Shown piece by piece: positions 12,910 to 26,156 of a stretch of DNA of 64,000 bases (its first letter is position 1; each line of letters opens with the position of its first letter). The notes below the pieces were generated by a model that made no database searches, had not been told where the DNA came from, and saw only the letters and a program-made list of their open reading frames with translations. A program made the translations under genes and the position numbers. The DNA is from Octopus vulgaris (Eukaryota). The stretch is from the NCBI GenBank assembly GCA_951406725.2, contig OX597822.1:36332001-36396000 (forward strand), written 5' to 3'.

Positions 12910-14154
12910 CTATTCTTGTTAAAGAATAATAAACTTGTACTCTACCAAAAGGATTGAGAAATCCTTCAGTTTAAAGTAAAATCGTTTTTATTGTAACATA
13001 AAAACAAACAATATATTTGTATGCATATTTGTATCTCTTTGCCTTGACATCATGTAGTAGTTGTAAATGAGTGTCACTGTCTTACAAGCTGTGTCATTCA
13101 TTCTGAATCTTCTGGGAAAATTTTCCCTAGCTTGAAAATAGGTGAAGGTTGGTTATATGAAAGGCATCCAGCCATAGAAAAATCTACCTCAATAAATTTT
13201 GTCCATTCCATCCAAACATAGAAAAGAGGATGATTGATGATGATATTTTAATATATGCCTACGAAGGATAACAGTTGGGTAAAGAAGTACCAACTAATCC
13301 AACTGGAAAGAGCCTTTGAAAGATAAAAATCAAGGAAGATGTGGAAAGGGACGAAAGCTTCAGAATTATGAACTTCATGAAAAGGATGATAATGGACTGT
13401 ACCAAGTAATGAGGAAGACCGGTCCAACACATGCAAGCATGGGAAAATGGGACATAAAAATGATATACACTCTAATGGCAAAGATTCATTTAAAACATTA
13501 TTATGGACAATAGTTGGAGCAGTGACTTAGTGTAAACTCTAATGCATCATTGTAGTGATAATGTTAGTGCACTGACTATTAGGAAAAAGTTTAGCAATGA
13601 ACTCAGTTAATAATTTTTAAATTATATGAGTGTCCATCAGAGCTATGAGTAGTCCATTTCTTTCTTTATTTTAGTCCTTCTATCATGACACCACATCACT
13701 TTCTAGCATGATATCTGCTACTATCGCTCTGTCATAATTTCACAACCCTCAAAATTATACCCCATTCAGCTGAGGGGGTCTTGCCTTGCAAGTACTTGGT
13801 AACCTCACCAGTGTGGGTGCCACGAAGAAAAAATAAGCACCTAGTACACTTTGTAAAGTGGTTAGCATTAGGAAGGGCTGACACTGGAGCTCAATAGCTC
13901 ATCAGTTCCTTGTTAACCTGTCCAGCCCATACCAACAGAGAAAAAGGGACATTAAAAATGATAATGAATCTACTGGTGATTTGCTCCACAATGCAGGATT
14001 TGTTAGAAAATTACATTTTAAATCTTGGAAAGAGTAGATTTGAATGAAAATATTAGAAGGTGCCCATTAATAACTAAACAGTAGCAAGAGTTAATAAAGG
14101 AGACCAGCAACTGGGAAACGTCTTTGTCTAGTGTATACTTTTGCTATTACTTAG

Positions 14155-14365
14155 TCTTGGCAGAATCGTTAGCACACTGGGAAAAATGCTTAGCAGCATT
14201 TCATCTGCCTTTACATCCCGAGTTCAAATTCTGCCCAGGTTGACTTTTCCTTTCATCCTTTTGGGGTTGATGAAATAAGTACCAGTCAAGCACTAGGGTT
14301 GATGTAATCAACTGTCACCTTCCCCAAAAATTTCAGACCTTGTGCCTATAGTAGAAAGGATTAAT
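14155..14365 (+). mobile_element. MetaSINE-like tRNA-derived SINE (representative copy)
   Basis: tggcagaatcgttagc A box, gagttcaaattc B box and GCCTTTCATCCTTT.GGGGTCGATAAAATAAGTACCAG core. About 25 copies, e.g. 8360, 17755, 19320, 20880, 25627, 25877, 27683, 28290-28890, 43830. Confidence 0.75.
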
Positions 14366-15988
14366 TAGTTAATTTGCCCTGAGTGAGCAAACCTGATTAA
14401 AAGCATTCCAATTGTAACCATCCCATTATTTTAAAGGATATCTAGGACTACCACAAGGCAATCTATCCAACTGTTCTAACAACCATGGCTAAACTTTTAC
14501 CTTATTACGTTGGTTGGAAAAGGTACAAAAACACCATCAGCAGAACCAAAATCTAAGTGTACTTGAGTACCTGATATAATGTTTGCATCCATATAGTTCC
14601 TGAAACATAGAAGATAAGTTCTAAGTGAATAAGATAATGCCTGGAGCACAGGTGCTTTGCTGTCTCAAGTTCACCAAAAAGCCATCAAGACAAAACACTT
14701 GAGATTTTGTGGGAAAATTACATGCACTGAGACGTGACCTCGCCATGAGATGTTTTTATTCTCATGTACTTCGGTCTATTTCAACCAGTTAAGCACCAAC
14801 TCTATGGGGTTGCTGTGATTTGTGAAAGGGCTAACTTTTCAGAACTGGGAGTTTTCTTGCGATGGGATTTCTGAATAGTATCATGGTGGCAGGAGTAAAA
14901 TAAGGGTAACATTTTCAATTAGACTAGGATCAATTAGCAGTTTCAGAAGCTAACTCAAATTTCTTTTTTTAAAAACGGACATAAATCAACAGTACAAAAA
15001 GTTGAAGAACGAGATTATTGAAAACCCAAGAATACCAGACAGTCACCTTGCACAATGCATCATTTTATCAACATTTAAAATATAATAAATTAAAGACAGA
15101 ACATATTAAAACATTGAAAAAGGCATAACAACGAAGTTAGAAATAAAGGAGTGAAAATGAAAACACTTTTAATTTTGTAATTAGCAGCTATCTTCAATCA
15201 TTTTCTCAGAAAGCTTGAAAAAGATGACATCACACTTCTTTACTATAAAAAATATATTGTATTTTGACAATGATTCTGATAAAAAAATATCAATTTGGAG
15301 TCATGAAAAAAGGGAGGGTATATTATATAAACATCGACTATGTTCGCCGATAAAGATTGTTTCAGTGGTTAGGTAAAACTCGTGATAGTTTTTTTTTTTA
15401 AATAGCGAACTCAATATGTAGAGGAGAAATGAATAAATTAACTTAGACTAGCTAAAACGATTCAATGAAAGAAAGGTGTGTGTGGAATACACGCATGCAA
15501 TACATCTATGTGTGTGTACAACGATGAAATAAAGCCCGGGGTTTAATCCTTCTCTAGTTCGCAATAATAAAAACAAAGGGGAATCAGAAGAAAGAGGAGA
15601 TTAAAGAGAATTTAGAAAAGCTAAGACGTCAAAATGGCCACCTTTCAAAAAAGACTGACAAAAAAATAAATATATAATACATACAAATATACACACACAT
15701 TGCACCACTGAATAAATTACCGAGGAGATTATAACTAGAAATATATAACAGAAAACAACAACCCCGACCAAAAACTCTACAGCGATGTAATAACTACCGT
15801 TAATTTTTCACGACTGTCACAATATTGACTGATAGGTTTGCAGCGAAAGAGAACCCCTCAAAACGTAGAAGTACCCGTTCCATATTATAAATAGGTTTTT
15901 ATCTAAAATGAAGATAGTTTGATGCAATTTGAGCATTTTATTTCTATTTCTCTTCAACTTTGTGTGTGTGTGTGTGTGTATATATATA

Positions 15989-16048
<60 letters not shown>

Positions 16049-17487
16049 TTCAGGATACATCTATATATGCTTTTACTTCGCGATCATACTATGATGTGTA
16101 TTAATTATGTTGCATTTAATTTAAAACTGCAGCAATTAAACTGTAAAATGGATAAACGGACTGCTTCGGCCAGGTACAAAGCAGTAGCCAACTTTGCCTC
16201 AAATTACACCTTAACGTCTTTAAAAAGAAAATGGACACTGAACAATGTTGTTGCTGATTAATCAATGGGACTGATACTAGGCCAGCTAGAAAGAACAACC
16301 AAATTACATCCCAATCACATAGTAATGTCTTAAACAGAAAGGTCAGGTTAAACAATGCAATTACATATTAACATACAAAAAAAAAGGCGCCTTAGCAGGT
16401 AGATGATTTTCCTGAGAAAGTGACAAAATACACACATATGCTGTAAAAAAAAAAACAAAGCAACGCAATTTTGTTAAGGGGAGGGGTTATATTATTTCAA
16501 TGAGTATATATACTTGGTTCGTTGATGCTATATCCTATATATGCAGTGTGCATATATACTACATTCGTGTTATATATAAATCTTATGTATGTGTGTTTTG
16601 TAACAATTAAATTCGTTGGTGTTATATATGTATATAATTAACATAATTTTATTCAATAAAAAAAATTGGCAGCGGGAAGGAAGAAAATTAATTTCGTCCT
16701 CAGAATAAAATAAATTATACAATTGGTAGTACCAGTCAAATAAGTGGTTCAATTTAATATCCTTATATGAAGCATCCTACATGTGAATAGGAATTATAAT
16801 AGATGTTAAGTCTACTATTATAATGCCTGCTCACATGTAGGACTTGTATAAAGAAATCTTTTCTCACAAACGTTGAGAATATTAGTAAAAGAAGATGGTT
16901 TGAAGTTAACTGTGTATAATGATAATGATTTTTTTCAAATGTTTTTTTATATTGATATGAAAGGATAACTGGAAATATATCATTTTCTTATTTAATAATT
17001 ATATTTCCTGGTGTTTGACAATATGAGCAGAAGGGGAAAAAAACTATATAATAACAAGATATAATTGATGTCATAGAGACACCAAGGATGTTAAAGGGGT
17101 GGGTATAGTCGGAATAGATCGACATCAATACTCAGCCAATATTAATTTTATCAACTCCGGAAGGATAAAATGAAAATCAAGGAATTCGAAATCAAAATGC
17201 TGTGGTATTTAAATACCACAAAGCAGATTTATCATTCATATAAAACGATTCTGATTTTCCACTACTCCTCATAACAAAATATATTAACATTTATGATGAG
17301 TCAACGCTACAGATTCGAGAGAGAAAAAAAAAACATCTCCAGCATATTTCAAGTGCTGCTTTGTGTGGTGTTCTTTGTTTCACAAACAGGCGGTATGATC
17401 AACGTTTAATATTCCCCAGTATTATTACAATATTATTGTTATATAGTTGTAAATCGAAGGCTAACTATATGTATATATTATACATAC

Positions 17488-17507
17488 CATTTCCTATAAA
17501 GGGCCAT
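17488..17507 (-). CDS. DPF2: d4/DPF (requiem/ubi-d4, BAF45 family) coding exon 1 (MALYRK+C)
   Basis: GCGATGG start followed by ATG GCC CTT TAT AGG AAA TG|GTATGT donor. Phase 2 matches exon 2 (TG+T = Cys). Lies just downstream of the promoter motifs. The invertebrate gene is co-orthologous to DPF1/2/3. Confidence 0.7.
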
Positions 17508-17555
17508 CGCGCTCGTTTTCAACACTGGAAAAGAATAAGAGGAATGAAGCGATAG

Positions 17556-17600
17556 CGTCACGTGACGTAATTACCCGGTATGTCAGAAGTCACTTCCGGT
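17556..17600. promoter_or_regulatory. Housekeeping-type promoter: palindromic E-box/CLEAR, CRE-like site and ETS site
   Basis: CGTCACGTGACG (17556-17567) overlaps TGACGTAA; CACTTCCGGT (17591-17600) is the ETS/GABP consensus. Local CpG enrichment, 50-90 bp upstream of the DPF ATG. Confidence 0.75.
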
Positions 17601-18104
17601 TCGTCTTGCTTCATTATAGTCCGGTTCAAATTTTGCTGTCAATAGTTTCACACTTTGTCCTTTCGGCATTGATTAAAATTAAGTATTCCCCAATTACTGA
17701 AAGTGAATTTGATTCACTGTCTCCTCCAAATAATAATTTTTTTTTTCTTCTGTCGTAGGCACAATGCCTGAAATTTTGAGGAAGTGTGCTAGTTGATCAC
17801 ATCGACTCCATTGCTCAACTGTTAATTTTTTATCGACCCCGCAAGGATGGAAAGCAAAATTGAATATAGTGAAATTTAAATTCAGAGCGTAAAGACGAAC
17901 AAAATGCTGCTAAACATGTTGTCCGATGTGTTAACAATTCTGCCAAGTCGCTGGCTTTCTCTTCCAAATTACAATAATTGACCTTTTTATTAATTAATTA
18001 ATCCACGGAGAAAAATAGAGATTACGAATCTGAGAATTTTTTTTAAATTTTAATTTTTCTTATAGAAATGGTCAATGCTCCTTTCCCCCACCTCTCCCTC
18101 TCAT

Positions 18105-18229
18105 CACCTCCCCGTTTTCAAAAAGTTAAAAACTCCGAATGTTTCACTTTCGCATTTCGTTTTTACACCAGAATTCTACGCTAGAAGTGAAGCATTCGGA
18201 GTTTTTAGCCTTTTTAAAGTGGGGAGGTG
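18105..18229. repeat. ~45-bp imperfect inverted repeat
   Basis: cacctcccc..aaaaactccgaatgtttcactt / aagtgaagcattcggagtttttag..ggggaggtg with a ~35-bp spacer. Confidence 0.75.
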
Positions 18230-21200
18230 GGGGTTGGGAAAGGGGATTTGAGTTTTTTCTTTTAGGGAAAAAGTTTTTTTTAATTTCGAAAAAAGTTAAA
18301 AATTAAAATATTGGGGTGGGGAAAGAGGAAATTAAAATTTTGAAAACACGTTTTTGAGGCAAAATCCTAATCTATATCAAAAACATGGGAATCCAAAGAA
18401 ATTCGGAAATAAGTGGTGTGCCCACACACTTTACCTTTGTCACTAGTCGATTACATTGACTCTCTGCTCAACTGTTATTTATTTTGTCGACCCCCAAAAG
18501 GACGAAAGGCAAAGTCGACCGCAGCAGAATTTGAACCCAAAACGTAAGATAGACGAAATGCTGTTATCTGTGAAGTTGTGGCCTTTCCCCTCTAAGAGAT
18601 CTTTCTTTAATTTATTTGAAAAAATAATCAATTTACAAAAATAAACGGTGGAGAAAATGTTGAGAAATGGGGTAAAGAAACAGAAACAGGTATTAAGTAA
18701 ATAAACAGATTAACATATGGAAAAATAAATTAGCATCACTTTATGTATAAGAAAATATTTTTTCTCAAGACAAAAATATTTTCTATTTTAATTATATTCA
18801 CAGTGAGGTCTAAACCATCATCATCATGAGCAACATTACCATTTACCCTGTCAAATATTCTCCCAGGGTCTTAACATATGCCCTACCCATCTCTACTTTA
18901 TATTTCATCTGATGCTCGATAAGTTCAAGTTTGGTTTGGGCCTAGAGGTCTGTGTTAGCAACAATCTAATGTTTAGGATATTCTTGAGACATATATCATT
19001 GTCATCACCATCATCATTACCACCACCACATCATATTCATCACTACCACCAACACCATTGTTGTCATCATTATTATCATCACTATGATTCCTGTAAAAGT
19101 AAATATTGACTCTCTGCAATATGTTCTGTTCTGTAGGTGTTCTCCCACCCCCACCCTTGCTTCCATACCATCCCTATCGTTTTCACTTCCTCTTTTGCAG
19201 AGCTCTGCCAAATGATCCCCAGTCTCCTGCCCTTCTGGATTCCATTCAAAGGCTTAGCTTTGCTAAACCTCCTTCTGGATCTTAACATCTGCCTACCTAT
19301 CTTTACTATTTGTTTCCAGATTAAGGCAGTGAGCCAACAGGGCCATTAGCTCTTTAGACAAAATGCTTAGTGGCATTTCTTCCTGCTGTTTATGTTCTAA
19401 GCTTAAATTCTGATGAAATCAGGTTTGCCTTTCAACCTTTTGGGGGTCAATAAAATAAAGTATCAGAAAAGCACTTTATTGATTTGTCCCTCTATCCTCA
19501 AAATTGCAGGCATTGTGGTACATTCTGCTATGGAGGCCCTGAATTTGAGCTTGAGATCATACTGGTTTGATGAGCCTGGACTACTACACTAGTTCAACAT
19601 GGCTTGGTAGCTACATCAATTATCATTAAAGTCACTCTGATTAAAAAGCTAACAAATACTTCTAGCAAGTCTCCCGAGTATTCAAAGAAATTTATTATAC
19701 ATACATAAGTTAAAATTTATCTTTTTGTAGTTTTTTTTTCAGTGCTCTTACAGTTTATATGAGATAATATCTTTATATATCTTAATAATGATATATAAAA
19801 CATCTATTAGGATTATAAACAGTTATAGGACCTCAATAATCTAGTTATCTGCTTCCTGGTATCTAAATTTAATAAAAAATTAACTTTTAGCTTCTTTGTG
19901 CTTCTTAAGTTGTTTCTCTCCCACTTGGTTTGTGGTTAACAAGAACTGGTAAGAAGCAACTTTTTAAGAAATCTTTTTGAAAAATTTTAAAACCAAAATT
20001 TAGATACTAAGGAAATATGGAATTAAATTTAATGAGTTCTATTATTAAATCAAATATAATCCTCAAAAGCTGAAAAAAAGCTCGCTTAAAAAGATGCTTC
20101 TTGTGACTTCTCAACTTTGCTTGTGCTTTACTACCACAGGACAATGACTAATATTTATTTATTTATTAATTATTTATTCATTTTTTTTTACTTTCATGTG
20201 GAAATATACTTTAGTCGATTAATTAAAAAGTCGTAATTGAAGGAATTATCTCCCTTAGGCTTTTTTTTAACGTTGATTACACGCAGAGCTGCACTAAAGA
20301 TAAATTAATTGGTCCATTATGCAGTACTCTCAGATGGTTATGTCAAAACCAGAGTACATTTTAAAACAAATATTGGTATAATAACAGCCTAATATTTTAG
20401 GTAAATTACGTTATAGCTGACCCATATTTCAAACAATAATATTTTTGTAACAATATTAAAAGAAATTTTATAAGTTTACTTTATAACCCTTGGTTTTCAG
20501 GTTCAGTTCCACTGTGCAACACATTGGGCAAGTGTCTTCAACTATAGACCTCGCCTGATCATTACCTGTGAGTGAATTTGATGAATGGAAACTGTGTGGA
20601 AGCCCATTGCATATATAAATGTATGTGTCTTTGCATCTGTGCATGTCACCCCCACCCCACCCCACCCACCCACCCACCCACCATTTGACAACTGGTGTTG
20701 ATTTGTTTACATCCACGTCACTTAGCGATTCAGCAAAAGAGACTAATAAAATATGTACCTGACTTGAAAACTGGATAAGTTCTTGGATCAATCTGTTCAA
20801 CTAAAACTTTTGAAGGTGGTACCCCAGCATGGCCACAGTCCAATGACTGAAACAAACTAAAGATAAAACATAAATATAGGTTTCAAATTTTGGCACAAGG
20901 CCACCAATTTCAGGGAGGGGTTAAAGTTAATTACATTAACCTCAGTGTTCAAATAGTATTTAATTTATCGACCCCAAAAAGGATTAAAGGAAAAGATGAC
21001 CTTGGTGGGATTTGAACTCAGAACATAAAGACAGACGAAATGCTGCTAAGCATTTTGTCTGGCATGTTAATGATTCTGCCAGCTCACTGCCTTATAATAG
21101 ATAAATATAACCTAATCAACTGTGATAGAGAGTGTTCTGAAAGCATAGTTAGTATAGTGAAAACAAGGTGGAAAAAACTCAGGAAGCTATGTCTTCTGTT

Positions 21201-21894
21201 GACAATAAAGAGAGTTCTGGTAGGGAATTTCTTCATTAAAAAAAAGTTAAACCATCATAGTAACACTAATATATTGCCATCTTTCCTTCAGTTACAATGC
21301 AGTAAGGGAGATTGATGTATATATTGGTGCAATAGGGGCTGTAATGTGTTGTATTTTTTTATTTATTTACTTAATGGGTGAGGAGGAGTGGATAGTGCTC
21401 ATAGCTTTTGTAAATACTTCTGGACCAGTGAGGTTGATGCCATTAATGTTCGTATAGAATCTTTGCCAGTCAACACCAGTTGGAAAGAGATGAGCAGGGA
21501 GGGAATTTTAAAAGATTTACTTTCTGAGAAGGAAGGATTTGGAATAATGATGAATGGGTGGGGGAGTGAGAGGGAATTGGAAACAAAAAAAAAGATGAGG
21601 ATATTAGTAGAGACAAGCAAGCTAGGAAGGTGGCATCAACATAGCCAGATCTGAGGAACAGAGGCCATTATAGTAGTAGTAGTGATAGAAAAGGCAAAGA
21701 GAGGAGTCAGCATGCCTATGGGCCAAAAGTTGAAATGTGTATGTAGTTATTTCTACATTTGGTAGTTATGCCATCACAGATGTGTGAGCAGCATTCAAAT
21801 ACTGAGCACATTTTTGTTTTGAAGAGAGAGAGAGAGGAGTGAATAAAAATAGAAAATAAACAATAAAAAATTTTTAAAAAAAACAGGAAATAGG

Positions 21895-22313
21895 TACTCT
21901 TTACTCTTTTACGTGTTTCAGTCATTTGACTGTGGCCATGCTGGAGCACCGCCTTTAGTTGATTGAGCAAATCGACCCCAGGACTTATTCTTTGTAAGCC
22001 TAGTACATATTCTATCGGTCTCTTTTGCCGAACTGCTAAGTTATGGGGACGTAAACACACCAGCATCGGTTGTCAAGCGATGTTGGGAAGGGGACAAACA
22101 CAGACACACAAACATACACACACACACACATACATATACATACATGTATACGACAGGCTTCTTTCAGTTTCCGTCTACAAAATCCACTCACAAGGCTTTG
22201 GTCGGCCTGAGGTTATAGTAGAAGACACTTGCCTAAGGGGCCACGTAGTGGGACTGAACCCGGAACCATGTGGTTCGTAAGCAAGCTACTTATCACACAG
22301 CCACTCCTACACC
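21895..22313 (-). mobile_element. tRNA-derived SINE with internal TA/TG microsatellite, near full length
   Basis: ggagtggctgtgtg head, gggttcagtccc B box, cttgggcaagtgtcttc core and gactgaaac..taaaagag tail. Other copies at ~20480, 23510, 24850, 32770, 46981, 52040, 60960. Confidence 0.8.
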
Positions 22314-24138
22314 TGGTATTTTAAATTATATCAACAAGAAATTTCATGGAAATTATATGAAGCCTATTAACATACTGTTCCTGTGTTTTTCTCGCCAATT
22401 TTTTTTTTGTAAGAAATATTAAAATTTCATAAAATGGCAATCTTAGTTATCACAATAATTTAATTTTTAGCATGAAGTAGAATGTCATCACATACAGTAA
22501 GCTCATAAGGGTCAGTTTATTATATCAAATCAATACTTGATTGATACTTATTTCATTAACTCACCCATGCCCCAAGCAAGATGAAATGTACAGTTAGATC
22601 TCAGAAGGATTCGAAACCAGAACATAAATACTTGCAGCCAAACATTAAGACTTTTGTCTGATACTGAACCAATTCTACCAATAGAAAAGAAATTCAATAT
22701 TATTGTGAGGAACAAATTAAGCTTGTATGTTTTTCAGTGCTAACTCATAGCTGAATGGTAGATAGAAAAAAATGCTAGATATTTCTATATTTGTAAACAG
22801 AATGCTAGTTATCCTGTTGAACAAACTATGTCTGTCATATCAAGTGATTACAGCTATAGCTCCACAGCTGAAAACTGAACTGGTTTTGATGTAAAAACGA
22901 TCTAGTTATCTATAGCCCAAACTTAAAAACACAAACAAACAGATAACTTACTTAACTCTCCCATGAGATAGAGAATCAAATTTATTTTGTTTTCAACATG
23001 ATATAACACTTAGAATTGGCTGAGGTGTATGAAGATAATAATAACTTACTGGCTGATAAATATACATTTCAAATTCTGGTATTATGTTATGTCTCTGCTA
23101 AAAACATTTAATTTTAATTTGATTTAGTTCAGTCTAAGACTTCTGGCAAATTCAAGCAGATGCACAGTAGCATTTTCAACAGATGGCATAAAGCTACCCA
23201 TCCTTCTCCTAAATACACTCCCACTCAGTCAAAGACATTTTCCCTTTTTTTTTTCTTTACTCTGTGTTGCAAGTTACTTGGTGACCTCACGAGTACTACA
23301 GTCAGGAAGAAAGAACCCAGTACAGATTCTAAAGAAGTTGGCATTAGAAAGTGCATCCAGCTGTTGAAACCATGCTGAAACTAACATTAGGGCCGGAAGC
23401 AGCTCTGCCACTTACTGGGCCTGTCCACCCATCCAACCCATGCCAGCATGAAAAATGGATATAAAAATGATGATGATGATGATGATGATGATGGATGTAT
23501 GTGTGTGTGTGTGTATGATGGCTCTCTTTCAGTTTCCATCTACCAACTCCACTCACAGGGCTTTGGTCAGCCTGAGGCTATAGAACACACTTGCACAAGG
23601 TGCCACACAGTGGGAGTGAATTCAGAACCATGCAGCTGGGAAGCAAGCTTCTTACCACACAGCCACTCCTACACCCTACATACATACATACATACATACA
23701 TACATACAAATATACACATATATATATATGTGTGTATATGAATATATATTCGTAAACACACACACACATATATATGTATTTATATATACATATATGCACA
23801 TGCACACACACACACACACACACACACAGGGCTACACTGTCCAATATGTATTACATATTTTTAACATAGGGTTGTATGATATGAGAGAGATTACATTACT
23901 ATTTTTAGTAGGTCATAAAAGCTTATGTCAGTTTGCAATGGTGAGATCAAATCCCACAACAGACCTGGAGAAGATAAGAAATCAGTCAATGAGCTGCCTC
24001 ATGGTGAGTAAGCAAGGTTCAAACATATCCTTGATTCACAAGGAGTTGCAAAAACTGAATGGAGATATGGCTGAGTGATTAAAATGTTTCCTTTTACAAC
24101 AATGTGGCTCAGGGTTTGATCCCACTGAATGACGCCAC

Positions 24139-24183
<45 letters not shown>

Positions 24184-24187
24184 CTGC

Positions 24188-24249
<62 letters not shown>

Positions 24250-24275
24250 GTCTTTCTATGTATGTATCTATCTAT

Positions 24276-24331
<56 letters not shown>

Positions 24332-24615
24332 ACATATGCCAGTGCCGCCTGACTGGCTCCCATGCTGGTGGCACATAAAAAAGCACCCACTGCACTCTTG
24401 GAATGGTTGGCGTTAGGAAGAGCATCCAGCTGTAGAAACCTTGCCAGATCAGATTGGAGCCTGGAGCAGCCTCCTGACTTGCCAGTCCTCAGTCAAACCG
24501 TCCAACCCACGCCAACATGGAAAGTGGACGTTAAACGATGATGATGATGATGATATATATGCATATACAAAAATTAGATGACAAAGAAATAAACAATTAT
24601 CTTATTGACTTCAAT

Positions 24616-24710
24616 GGCTTACAGCTGTTTCTGCTGAAAAATGCAGTGAACTTATAGTTACTCTGAGTAATTATCAGTAACCTGAGTAACTGTATAGCTT
24701 TATCAGTGCC
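24616..24710 (-). ncRNA. Degenerate hammerhead motif with extended stem II
   Basis: GGCA-CUGAUAA (mutated CUGAUGA)...AGUUACUC/GAGUAACU hairpin...GAAAC-AGCU-GUA-AGCC. Confidence 0.45.
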
Positions 24711-25325
24711 TCAATTGTGAAGTGCAAATATTCCACTCTGTACATAACTAATGCTTCATTCTGAAGCAGTGTATATTGAGTCCTACACTGGCTATTAGTA
24801 TCACAGTGCCTAAGCAAAATATTAAAACCTATATATACAAATATATAAACAACGGGCTTCTTTCAGTTTCCATCAACCAAACTCACTCACAAAGCAGTTA
24901 TCAGCATGGAGTTATAGTAGGAGACACTTGCACCAAGGTGCTTCACAGTGGGATTGAACCCAAAACCATGTGGTAGCTAAGGAAGCTTCTTAATATCACA
25001 GCTATGCCTGCATCTATTTTTACCATACTACCATGCTGGCACTAGTGTAAAAATAACCATAGAAAGGGATCTTGAATATGAGATGGTGAAATAACTACAT
25101 GCTTAAATGAAGAATCTAGGAAGTGAATTCATGAATGTGTATTTGATTCTTTGTTCTTTAGTTAGTGTAATAACATAATGTTTAGAGAAAAAGCAATAAC
25201 CATATGGTTTGTAATCCAGCACCTCATCTTTACAATCATTGAGCCTCAGTAAGATGTTCAAGTTGATTGCAATGAATCACTTAAAAACATCTGTTGAGAG
25301 TGTGTGAGCTGATAGGATAATAATA

Positions 25326-25362
<37 letters not shown>

Positions 25363-26122
25363 TGATTTTCCTTTTCTTTCCTTTTTCCCCTTATTTTCTT
25401 TATTTACTTTTTTTTTTTCACTTTTTCCCTTTTTCGCTTTGTCTTTCTTCCCTTTTTCTCACAAGACTTTGCCAATGAACAATCTGGTGTGATTATTTGA
25501 ATGGCCTACAAATGCATACAGTGAATTTCTCTGCACTAGATGTTAGGAAGACACTAGGCAAGAAATAGAAACAGAATTGAAAGAATATGGTAAAAATAAT
25601 AATAATGATAATAATAATAATAATAATCCTTTCTACTATAGGCACAAGGCCTGGAATTTTGGGAAGTGGGGTGGGGCTAGTCAATTACATCGATCCCAGT
25701 GCTTGACTGGTACTTATTTTATCCATCCCGAAAGGATGAAAGGTAAAGTCAACCTCGGTAGAATTTGAACTTAGCATAAAGACAGACAAAATGCTGCTTA
25801 GTGTTTTGCCTGGCGTGCTAGCAATTCTACGAATAATAATGATGATGATGATAATGATAATAATAATAATAATAATGGTTTCAAATTTTGGCTCAAAGTG
25901 AACAGTTTTGAGGGAGAGTATAAGTAATTGATTACATCAACCCCAGTGCTCAACTGGTATTTATTTTATCCACCCCGAAAAGATGAAAGGCAAAGTTGAC
26001 CTTGGCGGAATTTGAACTCAGAAGACAGAGACAGATAAAATGCTGCTGAGCATTTTGCCCAGCATAAAATGCTGCTGAGCATTTTGCCCAGCATGCTAAC
26101 GATTCTGCCAGCTTGCCACCTC

Positions 26123-26156
<34 letters not shown>

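Noticed and set aside
14155-14235. tRNA-like A/B boxes
   Set aside because: SINE heads. No intact cloverleaf, and many decayed copies.
15800-15883. ATG-initiated minus-strand frame as DPF exon 1
   Set aside because: In-frame TAA before the donor. The 17488-17507 exon fits phase and promoter position better.
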